Source: Phyllobates terribilis (lineage: Eukaryota). Taken from it: a stretch of 64,000 nucleotides of DNA. This document shows, piece by piece, positions 23,846 to 34,039 of the stretch. Under the pieces are notes generated by a model that was not told the origin of the DNA, ran no database searches, and saw only the letters and a list, made by a program, of their open reading frames with translations. The first letter of the stretch is position 1. Each line of letters starts with the position of its first letter. Location of the stretch: NCBI RefSeq assembly GCF_046119375.1, contig NW_027362764.1:802652001-802716000 (forward strand), in the 5' to 3' direction. The position numbers and the translations under genes are program-made.

Positions 23846-24607
23846 CTCCTCACCTGCCTCCTGTAGCTCCATGTCCCGTCACTGCAAGAGCTGCTCCTCA
23901 CCTCCCTCCTGTAGCTCCATGTCCCGTCACTGCAAGAGCTGCTCCTCACCTGCCTCCTGTAGCTCCATGTCCCGTCACTGCAAGAGCTGCTCCTCACCTC
24001 CCTCCTGTAGCTCCATGTCCCGTCACTGCAAGAGCTGCTCCTCACCTGCCTCCTGTAGCTCCATGTCCCGTCACTACAAGAGCCGCTCCTCACCTTCCTC
24101 CTGTAGCTCCATGTCCCGTCACTACAAGAGCTGCTCCTCACCTGCCTCCTGCAGCTCCATGTTCAGTGACAAGAGCTGCTCCTCACCTGCCTCCTGTAGC
24201 TCCATGTCCAGTCACTACAAGAGCTGCTCCATGTCCCGTCACTACAAGAGCTACTCCTCACCAGCCTCCTGTAGCTCCATGTCCCGTCACTACAAGAGCT
24301 GCTCCTCACCAGCCTCCTGTAGCTCCATGTCCCGTCACTACAAGAGCTGCTCCTCACCTGCCTCCTGTAGCTCCATGTCCTGTCACTACAAGAGCCTCTC
24401 CTCACCTGCCTCCTGTAGCTCCATGTCCCGTCGCTACAAGAGCTGCTCCTCACCTGCCTCCTGTAGCTCCATGTCCCGTCACTACAAGAGCCGCTCCTCC
24501 CCTGCCTCCTGTAGCTCCATGTCCCGTCACTACAAGAGCTGCTCCTCACCTGCCTCCTGTAGCTCCATGTCCCGTCACTACAAGAGCTGCTCCTCACCTG
24601 CCTCCTG
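23826..24607 (+). repeat. 48-bp tandem array containing the H2B HDE (~17 units)
   Basis: Unit CCCGTCACTRCAAGAGCTGCTCCTCACCTGCCTCCTGTAGCTCCATGT. Confidence 0.95.
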
Positions 24608-25134
24608 GCGGGTACGATGTGGAGAAGAATAACAGCCGCCTGAAGTTGGCCGTCAGGTCTCTGGTCACCAAGGGCGCCCTGCTGCAGGTGAAGGGCAGCG
24701 GCGCCTCCGGCTCCTTCAAGCTGAACAAGAAGCAGGAGACTAAGGACAAACCGGCCAAGAAGAAGCCGGCGGCTGCGGCCAAACCCAAGAAACCCGCAGC
24801 CAAGAAAGCGGCCAAATCCCCAAAGAAGCTCAAGAAGGCTCCGACCGCAGCTAAGAAAAGCCCGAAAAAAGCCAAGAAGCCCGCAGCAGCCGCGGCCAAG
24901 AAAGCGGCCAAATCCCCAAAGAAGCTCAAGAAGGCTCCGACCGCGGCCAAGAAAAGCCCGAAAAAGGTCAAGAAGCCCGCAGCAGCCGCAGCCAAGAGCC
25001 CCAAGAAGCCGAAGGCCGCTCCGAAGCCCAAGAAGATGACGAAGAGCACGGCTAAGAAGGCGGCCAAACCCAAAGCTGCCAAGAGTCCAGCTAAGAAGGC
25101 GACTAAAGCCAAGAAGCCCGCGGCTAAGAAATAA
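24608..25134 (+). pseudogene. H1: Histone H1, 5'-truncated (no promoter, ATG, N-tail or first half of the globular domain)
   Basis: Starts at [42 protein letters not shown]. Intact K/A/P-rich tail and TAA. Joined directly to the 48-bp array. Confidence 0.9.
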
Positions 25135-25164
25135 GCCAAAGCCGTCCTGTTATTACACCACAAA

Positions 25165-25205
25165 GGCTCTTATCAGAGCCACTACCTTGTCCCTGCAGAG
25201 CTGTA
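25165..25205 (+). terminator. H1 stem-loop and HDE
   Basis: GGCTCTTATCAGAGCC 25165-25180; AGAGCTGTA from 25197. Confidence 0.95.
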
Positions 25206-25665
25206 TGATCAGTGCCACCACCTTGTTCCTGCAGAGCTGTATGATCAGTGTCATCACCTTCTCCCTGCAGAGCTGTATGATCATTGTCACCGCCTTCTCC
25301 CTGCAGAGCTGTATGATCAGTGCCACCACCTTCTCCCCGCAGAGCTGTATGATCAGTGCCACCACCTTGTCCCTGCAGAGCTGTATGATCAGTGTCACCG
25401 CCTTCTCCCTGCAGAGCTGTATGATCAGTGCCACCACCTTGTCCCTGCAGAGCTGTATGATCAGTGCCATCACCTTGTCCCTGCAGAGCTGTATGACCAG
25501 TGTCACCACCTTGTCCCCTCAGAGCTGTATGATCAGTGCCACCACCTTGTCTCCGCAGAGCTGTATGATCAGTGCCACCACCTTGTCTCCGCAGAGCTGT
25601 ATGATCAGTGTCACCACCTTGTCTCCGCAGAGCTGTATGATCAGTGCCACCACCTTGTCCCTGCT
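25181..25665 (+). repeat. 36-bp tandem array containing the H1 HDE (13 units)
   Basis: Unit CCTTGTCCCTGCAGAGCTGTATGATCAGTGCCACCA; AGAGCTGTA every 36 bp from 25197 to 25629. Confidence 0.95.
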
Positions 25666-25960
25666 GTACAGCGCTGTATCTGCTGTGCAATCTCATATAA
25701 TCGCCTTCCAGATAACAATGGAATCATTCACATTTGGAGAAATAACTAAACCGAATCAATTTCTAAAACAGAAATGAGACCGAAGAATCAGATCTGAGGA
25801 GCAAAGGCTGAAATAAAAGTCACTGAGCTTCTATCAGAAATGAGCAGTACAGTATTAAAAGATCTGATCTGTGAAGAAGCCAGAAGCAGCCGAAGCTTTC
25901 TCACAACCTGCTATTTACCCTGTGAGAGACCCGGGCTGTGAACAAGACACAGGAGCAGCC

Positions 25961-26054
25961 ACAGCTCTGATGTAGATGGGGTGGTGGCGGGAGCAGAAGC
26001 ACTGAGGAGCAGATCACTTGGCGCTGCTCATCCTCCACACAACCAAAGGCTCTT
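25961..26054 (-). pseudogene. Relic H2B 3' end lacking the hairpin
   Basis: Reverse complement of 25998-26025 is identical to H2B 23761-23788, followed by GCCACCACCCC and HDE AGAGCTGT. Confidence 0.8.
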
Positions 26055-26199
26055 AAACTAATAATTATCTAAATTTATTAGTAATGTAAAAAAAGTGGCA
26101 TTAAAACAAAATAGTAAAAAGTTAACAGCGAAGACTCAGGTGATTGTGGCATATAGTCCACACAAATTAGGAGGGGGGCAAATAAAGTGTGAACACAAA

Positions 26200-26201
<2 letters not shown>

Positions 26202-26249
<48 letters not shown>
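26202..26249. repeat. (TA)n microsatellite
   Basis: About 24 TA units. Confidence 0.98.
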
Positions 26250-26250
<1 letters not shown>

Positions 26251-26553
26251 TAGATGGTGGCCCGATTATAACGCATCGGGTATTCTAGAATATGTATGCA
26301 GCCGACCGGGCGCGACCAATCAGCGAACCGTGTTAGTGAGGACCGGGGAGCGGCGCTGCCTGTGCGGGTATTTCCGCTGCGAGCAGCCGGTCATCTCCCG
26401 GCTACATCGCCGCTGGCCTCCATGCGGCAGATGAGCCGCTAACGGCCGCCATCTTGTTCTGAAATCCTGCGTCGCTGATTGGCCGCGGCTGGACCAATCA
26501 GTGACGCGGGATTTCCTGGACAGACAGACGGGATAAGCCGATTATATAGTAGA
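26249..26553 (+). mobile_element. Short non-autonomous Helitron-like element (tentative)
   Basis: Starts ACTAGATGGTGGCCCG and ends GACAGACAGACG..ATTATATAGTAGAT, similar in layout to Lep1-like short Helitrons. No TSD seen. Confidence 0.45.
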
Positions 26554-26559
26554 TATATA

Positions 26560-28184
26560 CAGTACAGACCAAAAGTTTGGACACACCTTCTCATTTAAAG
26601 ATTTTTCTGTATTTTCATGACTTTGAAAATTGTACATTCGCACTGAAGGCATCAAAACTATGAATTACCACATGTGGAATTATATACTTAACAAAAAAGT
26701 GTGAAACAACTGAAAATATGTCTTATATTCTAGGTTCTTCACAGTAGCCACCTTTTGCTTTGATGACTGCTTTGTACACTCTTGGCATTCTCTTGATGAG
26801 CTTCAAGAGGTAGTCACCGGAAATGGTCTTCCAACAATCTTGAAGGAGTTTCCAGAGATGCTTAGCACTTGTTGGCCCTTTTGCCTTCACTCTGCGGTCC
26901 AGCTCATCCCAAACCATCTCGATTGGGTTCAGGTCTGGTGACTGTGGAGGCCAGGTCACCTGGCGTAGCACCCCATTACTCTCCTTCTTGGTCAAATAGC
27001 CCTTACACAGCCTGGAGGTGTGTTTGGGGTTATTGTCCTGTTGAAAAATAAATGATGGTCCAACTAAACGCAAACCGGATGGAATAGCATGCCGCTGCAA
27101 GATGCTGTGGTAGCCATGCTGGTTCAGTATGCCTTCAATTTTGAATAAATCCCCAACAGTGTAACCAGCAAAGCACCCCCACACCATCACACCTCCTCCT
27201 CCATGCTTCACGGTGGGAACCAGGCATGTAGAGTCCATCCGTTCACCTTTTCTGCGTCGCACAAAGACACGGTGGTTGGAACCAAAGATCTCAAATTTGG
27301 ACTCATCAGACCAAAGCACAGATTTCCACTGGTCTAATGTCCATTCCTTGTGTTCTTTAGCCCAAACAAGTCTCTTCTGCTTGTTGCCTGTCCTTAGCAG
27401 TGGTTTCCTAGCAGCTATTTTACCATGAAGGCCTGCTGCACAAAGTCTCCTCTTAACAGTTGTTGTAGAGATGTGTCTGCTGCTAGAACTCTGTGTGGCA
27501 TTGACCTGGTCTCTAATCTGAGCTGCTGTTAACCTGTGATTTCTGAGGCTGGTGACTCGGATAAACTTATCCTCAGAAGCAGAGGTGACTCTTGGTCTTC
27601 CTTTACTGGGGCGGTCCTCATGTGAGCCAGTTTCTTTGTAGCGCTTGATGGTTTTTGCAACTGCACTTGGGGACACATTCAAAGTTTGCCCAATTTTTCG
27701 GACTGACCGACCTTCATTTCTTAAAGTAATGATGGCCACTCTTTTTTCTTTACTTAACTGCTTTTTTCTTGCCATAATACAAATTCTAACAGTCTATTCA
27801 GTAGGACTATCAGCTGTGTATCCACCAGACTTCTGCACAACACAACTGATGGTCCCAACCCCATTTATAAAGCAAGAAATCCCACTTATTAAACCTGACA
27901 GGGCACACCTGTGAAGTGAAAACCATTTCCGGTGACTACCTCTTGAAGCTCATCAATGCCAAGAGTGTGCAAAGCAGTCATCAAAGCAAAAGGTGGCTAC
28001 TTTGAAGAACCTAGAATATAAGACATATTTTCAGTTGTTTCACACTTTTTTGTTAAGTATATAATTCCACATGTGTTAATTCATAGTTTTGATGCCTTCA
28101 GTGTGAATGTACAATTTTCAAAGTCATGAAAATACAGAAAAATCTTTAAATGAGAAGGTGTGTCCAAACTTTTGGTCTGTACTG
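26560..28184 (-). mobile_element. Full-length Tc1-like DD38E transposon (Intruder-type), TA TSD, ~265-bp TIRs
   Basis: TA|CAGTACAGACCAAAAGTTTGGACAC ... GTGTCCAAACTTTTGGTCTGTACTG|TA; 1625 bp. Confidence 0.95.
26723..27775 (-). CDS. Tc1-family transposase, intact, 350 aa, DD38E
   Basis: GRPR linker, WSDESKF, QQDNNPKH, SPDLNPIE. 38 residues counted between the second D and the E. Confidence 0.93.
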   Translation of the reverse strand: MARKKQLSKEKRVAIITLRNEGRSVRKIGQTLNVSPSAVAKTIKRYKETGSHEDRPSKGRPRVTSASEDKFIRVTSLRNHRLTAAQIRDQVNATQSSSSRHISTTTVKRRLCAAGLHGKIAARKPLLRTGNKQKRLVWAKEHKEWTLDQWKSVLWSDESKFEIFGSNHRVFVRRRKGERMDSTCLVPTVKHGGGGVMVWGCFAGYTVGDLFKIEGILNQHGYHSILQRHAIPSGLRLVGPSFIFQQDNNPKHTSRLCKGYLTKKESNGVLRQVTWPPQSPDLNPIEMVWDELDRRVKAKGPTSAKHLWKLLQDCWKTISGDYLLKLIKRMPRVYKAVIKAKGGYCEEPRI

Positions 28185-28529
28185 TATATAATCATCTTTA
28201 GTGTACATGGCAAAAGCACTGAGGTGTCCACGGGGGCTAAGCGCCAGAACTGGAACATCTAATGGATCACCATTTCTGGGGCAGCTCGTATTTTTAGGCT
28301 GGAAGGGGGCCAATATCCAGGGATCTTTTCAGCCTATTTATACCAGCTCACAGTGGTCTGCTTTACCTTTGTAGGTTAACAAAAATGAGGGGGGCCGCAT
28401 ATAATTTTTTTAGGTTCGCTCCCACTTTTTATAACCAGCAAAGGTTAAGCAGACAGTTGGGGGACTATATTATCAGTCTGGGAAGGTCCATGGTTATCTT
28501 CCCATTCCCATCCTAAAAATACCAGCCCC

Positions 28530-30945
28530 CAGCTGTCTGCTTGACCCAATCCCATCCCACCTCATGCCTAACCTTACTATAGTCTTCATCTCAACCCTAA
28601 TCCACCTCTTCAACCTGTCACTAACAACTGGTGTCTTCCCCTCATGCTTCAAACGTGCCTCAATCACACTTATCCTCAAAAAGCCCTCCCTTGACCCATC
28701 ATCTCTGACTAGCTATTGCCCCATATCACTTCTCCCATATGCTTCAAAACTACTGGAACAACTGGACCTGTCAACTGTCTACAACACAGTAGACCATGCC
28801 CGCTTAATAGAGACTTGGCCCTATCTTGGATCTTCTCATACCTAACAGACAGGACATTCAGTGTCTTCCAATCACATACCATAGGGCCCCTTCTCTTCTC
28901 CATCTACACCTTTGACCTGAGACACTCTTAGAGTCTCGCGGTTTTCAGTATCACCTCTATGCTGATGACACACAGATCTACCTCTCTGGACCTGATATCT
29001 CCTCCCTACTAACCAAAATCCCACAATGTCTGTCTGCTATTTTATCCTTCTTCTCTGTGAGATTTCTAAAACTTAACATGGATAAAACTGAATTCATCAC
29101 CTTTCCACCATCTCACTCAACCACCCCAACAGACCTATCCATCAACGACAATGGCTGCTCACTCTCCCCAGACCCATGAGATCGCTGCCTCGGGGTGACC
29201 CTGGACTCTGATCTCAAGTTCAAACCACATATCCAAGCCCTTTCCACTTCCTGCCGACTCCAACTCAAAAATATCTCCCGGATCCGCACATTCCTCAACC
29301 ACGAATCTGCAAAAACACTAGTGCACGCCCTCATCATCTCCCGCCTTGACTACTGCAACCTCCTGCTCTGTGGCCTCCCATCCAACACTCTTGCACCCCT
29401 CCAATCTATCCTAAACTCTGCTGCTCGACTAATCAACCTGTCCCCCCGCTATTCCCCGGCCCCTCCTCTCTGTCAATCTCTTCACTGACTCCCCATTGCC
29501 CAAAGTCTCCAGCTCAAAATCTTAACCACAGCATACAAAGCCATCCACAACCTGTCTCCTCCATACATCTGTGACTTAGTCTCCCGATACTTACCTGCAC
29601 GCAACCTCCGACCCTCACAAGATCTCCTTCTCTACTCCCCTCTAATCTCCTCCCACAATTACATACAAGATCTCTCCCGTGCATCCCCCCTCTACCCCAA
29701 CATATCAGACCCTCACCTACCGTGGAAACCTATAAAAGGAACCTGAAGACCCTCCTCTTCCGACAAGCCTACAACCTGCAGTAACCACCGCTCCACCATA
29801 CCGCTGCACGACCAGCTCTACCCTCACCTACTGTATCCTCACCCATCCCTTGTATATTGTGAGCCCTCGCGGGCAGGGTCCTCGCTCCACCATACCGCTG
29901 CACGACCAGCTCTACCCTCACCTACTGTATCCTCACCCATCCCTTGTAGACTGTGAGTCCTCGCGGGCAGGGTCCTCGCTCCACCATACCGCTGCACGAC
30001 CAGCTCTACCCTCACCTACTGTATCCTCACCCATCCCCTGTAGACTGTGAGTCCTCGCGGGCAGGGTCCTCGCTCCACCATACCGCTGCACGACCAGCTC
30101 TACCCTCACCTACTGTATCCTCACCCATCCCCTGTAGACTGTGAGTCCTCGCGGGCAGGGTCCTCGCTCCACCATACCGCTGCACGACCAGCTCAGCCCT
30201 CACCTACTGTATCCTCACCCATCCCTTGTAGACTGTGAGTCCTCGCGGGCAGGGTCCTCGCTCCACCATACCGCTGCACAACCAGCTCTACCCTCACCTA
30301 CTGTATCCTCACCCATCCCTTGTAGACTGTGAGTCCTCGCGGGCAGGGTCCTCGCTCCACCATACCGCTGCATGACCAGCTCTACCCTCACCTACTGTAT
30401 CCTCACCCATCCCCTGTAGACTGTGAGTCCTCGCGGGCAGGGTCCTCGCTCCACTACACCGCTGCACGACCAGCTCTACCCTCACCTACTGTATCCTCAC
30501 CCATCCCTTGTAGACTGTGAGTCCTCACGGGCAGGGTCCTCGCTCCACTACACCGCTGCACGACCAGCTCTACCCTCACCTACTGTATCCTCACCCATCC
30601 CTTGTAGACTGTGAGTCCTCACGGGCAGGGTCCTCTCTCCACCATACCGCTGCACGACCAGCTCTACCCTCACCTACTGTATCCTCACCCATCCCTTGTA
30701 GACTGTGAGTCCTCACGGGCAGGGTCCTCGCTCCACCATACCGCTGCACGACCAGCTGTACCCTCACCTACTGTATCCTCACCCATCCCCTGTAGACTGT
30801 GAGCCCTCGCGGGCAGGGTCCTCGCTCCTCCTGGACCAGTCGCTGACTCGTTTTTGTTCAAGATTATTGTAAATGTTTCTGCTATTTATACCCCCTTTTT
30901 TCACATGTAAAGCGCCATGGAATAAATGGCGCTATAATAATAAAA
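28530..30945 (+). mobile_element. L2-type LINE, 5'-truncated and degenerate, with expanded 3' UTR
   Basis: LFNLSLTTGVFPSCFKRA..LKKPSLDP, YADDTQIYL (TATGCTGATGACACACAGATCTAC), LIISRLDYCN; 3' end GTAAAGCGCCATGGAATAAATGGCGCTATAATAATAAA. Confidence 0.88.
29789..30828 (+). repeat. 94-bp tandem array (11 units) in the L2 3' UTR
   Basis: ORF copies recur every 94 bp. The unit includes the L2 3' motif TGTAGACTGTGAGYCCTCGCGGGCAGGG. Confidence 0.95.
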
Positions 30946-31904
30946 TAGTGATGTGTATCCCGACACCCCCATATAGTGCTGTATAGTGGAGAAGTTACTA
31001 CAGGCGAGGAGTCTTGTTGATGAGCGGCTGCTGCTTCTTATCCTGAAGGATTTTTTCTGTTCAACATACTTTTAAAAAAACAGAAATGTTACAATGAGCG
31101 GGAAATTCTAAATCACTAACTGCTCTGTGACCGACCAATCAGAGAGAAGGAGATGAAGGTGAAATCCGGTAACATACACGCCCTGATCCGCGTCATCAGT
31201 CTCCTCTCTGGTCCGCACAGCCGGGTGCTCATCTGTCCTCTGCTCGGTGACTGCAGGGGATGTTCCGCCCGGTAGGACGATCGGGTGTGTATTTATCCCC
31301 AGAGCAAACGTCAGGCTCCGGTCACTGAGGAATAAGGAAATCACCGATTATGGAGAACGGCGGCAAGAAATGGTTAACACTGGCGTCTCCTGTGGGCGGA
31401 GCCGTGACCTGATGCTCAATGATGATTGGCTGAACCCAGAATTTGAACTTCCCGTTCACTCCTCCTCGCTTTGTCCTCATCCATGTAACACGCGGCGTCA
31501 GTGCTGCGGATCTCGGGCGATCTGCTCGTGTATAGTGATCAGCGGCCGATCTCACTCCACACAGGGGAGATCAGACACCAATCTGTACAGGGTCTTATGT
31601 CTCCAGATCCAGAATTCTCCCCTGATCACAGCGCAGACCCTCACTGCACTTCATGCCTCATTCTGCAGCCAGTGATCCTGTCAGATCCTCAGCCCTCACA
31701 GCTGCGACATCGGTCACCGATCACTTACACATCCGCCGATCTGCTCATCACCGAGCACTCGCCCCTTCTCTCCCCGGTCAGTGATGTGACGGATCCCGGG
31801 AGCTCAGGGTGGGGGCTTCTGTTTCTCTGTCCTGCAGATATTTCCCCTCATTACCGCAATCATCAGAGCACAGGACACAACCCCCGGCCCCGCAGCAGGA
31901 ATCA

Positions 31905-31945
31905 CAGCTTCTCCACTGTACATGTGGGGGGCTCTGATAAGAGCC
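31905..31945 (-). terminator. H4 stem-loop and HDE
   Basis: Minus strand GGCTCTTATCAGAGCC (31930-31945), then GGAGAAGCTGTG. Confidence 0.93.
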
Positions 31946-31977
31946 TTTGGGGGGTGAGAATGGAGCGGAGAACACAA

Positions 31978-32292
<315 letters not shown>

Positions 32293-32338
32293 TCAAGAAA
32301 TCTTCCACCGACTGAGAGATCAGCGCTAAGTCCTCCAC

Positions 32339-32371
32339 TATATAGAGAGTGAACGGACCATAGAGAGAACC
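32339..32371 (-). promoter_or_regulatory. H4 promoter: TATA and H4 subtype element (HiNF-P-like)
   Basis: Minus strand GGTTCTCTCTATGGTCCG (32354-32371) resembles GGTTTTCAATCTGGTCCG; TATATA 32339-32344. Confidence 0.75.
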
Positions 32372-32691
32372 GTACAGTGATGACGCCTCTGTGGGGCGTG
32401 TCGCACTATAGGCTCCTCCCTCACTATCACTGATTGGCTGATCACACGTCTGTATTTCCCCTTCTTTCTTTCTACTCAGTTATGTGTGATGAGTTGTGTA
32501 GTGATAATAACACATCCGGGCCTTGTGTATGATATCCGGACGTAGAGACTAGAAGGCGGAAGTGACTATAACTCCTATCCGGCAGACAAAGCGGGATTCC
32601 TGTCCTGTTAGTTACCTGCATTGAGCCGTTCTCTGTAGTGACCACACGGGGGCGATATTACCACACATATTGACCGCACTGACTGACTCAT

Positions 32692-32705
32692 TGCCCCCTA
32701 GTGGC
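32692..32705 (-). promoter_or_regulatory. CTCF consensus site
   Basis: Minus strand GCCACTAGGGGGCA matches the core CCASYAGRKGGCR. Confidence 0.55.
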
Positions 32706-33689
32706 AGATCTTAGTGCAGACACATGTATCATTATTGGTCCTTGTCTTATTTATGAGCAGTAATAATAATTACTAGTGTTGAGCGATACCTTCCGATATC
32801 GGGAAATATCGGATCGGATTGGATCGGACCGATACCGAAAAAGTATCGGATATCGCCGATTCCGATACCGGAAACCAATGCAAGTCAATGGGACATAAAT
32901 ATCGGAATTAAAATAAACCCTTTCTTTCCTTGTAGGTTATTTCTACATGAAGGAAAACAACTAAGAATAATGTAGAATGTATTGGGGGAGGTGGGGGAGA
33001 CAATAAAGGCATAGAGGTTTAGCCCAATCAAATGGAATAGCAGGAATTAATATTTTTTTATTATGTTCTGAGTTACGGAAATATTAACTATGTTAAGTAT
33101 TTTTATATTTTGTCAGATATTTATGTTTCACTACTTCCATGCTCTTCACCTTCTTTTTTACTTCTCCCACACTTTCTCCTTCATCATCCTCAGCATCTTT
33201 TTCATCCACTTCTTCTTCACCTTCTTCTTCTTCACCTTCTTCGTATTATTCTTTTTTTTACATTCTTCATATTCTACTTCTTCATCTTCTTCTTCTTCAT
33301 CATATTCTTATTTGTGACAGGCATTCCTGTAGTTGTTATCTATAAAAGGTTGGACATTACACCTTTCGTTCTGCCCGTCACAAAAGATTTACAACAGGAT
33401 TTGTCCGCGTTCAGTTTGGCCTGCAGCAGCAGGTCTTTTCCAGGGGCACCACGAGGAGGAACGGACTCACCCCCATACACTGCTTAGTCATCTTCTGCTT
33501 ATAATTTAGATATTATCTTTTGCTCTGATTTTTAGTCTTATGCTTAATGTTCTTCCGCTTTTTGTTCTGCAGCTTCTTGTATTTCTGCTTCTTGGTTTTC
33601 TGTCTCTTGTTTTTCTGTATCTTGGTGCTTGTCTTCTCTTCTTTGTCTTCTTGGTCAACTTCTTCAGGGTCATCTTCTTGGTCTTCTTC

Positions 33690-33955
33690 GGGGTGGTCTT
33701 CAGGGTCGTCGTCTTCGGGGGTCCTCGTCTTCGGGGTCCTCGTCTTCTTCGGGTTGGTCTTCTGGGTCCTCGTCTTCGGGGTCCTCGTCTTCTTCGGGGT
33801 GGTCTTCAGGGTCCTCGTCTTCTTCGGGGTGGTCTTCAGGGTCCTCGTCTTCTTCGGGGTGGTCTTCAGGGTCCTCGTCTTCAGGGTCATTGTCTTCGGG
33901 GTCCTCGTCTTCTTAGGGTTGGTCTTCAGGGTCCTCGTCTTCAGGGTCCTCGTCA
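33690..33955. repeat. 9/27-bp GGGTCCTCGTCTTC-type repeat in the hAT 3' arm
   Basis: Unit CAGGGTCCTCGTCTTCTTCGGGGTGGTCTT-like, visible directly. Confidence 0.85.
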
Positions 33956-34039
33956 GGGAGATCCAGAGTGATTACCAAGAACCATTTCAAAAAGCTTGAA
34001 CTTGGAAATGTAGCAGAAGGTACAAGAAAGCTGAGGAAC

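Noticed and set aside
25900-26000. U7 snRNA gene (ACAGCTCT on the + strand at 25961)
   Set aside because: No Sm site or 3' hairpin follows. It is the reverse complement of the relic HDE.
29789-30828. CRISPR-like regular array (also considered for the 203-bp and 48-bp arrays)
   Set aside because: Units are contiguous near-identical repeats with no unique spacers, there are no cas genes, and the context is vertebrate.
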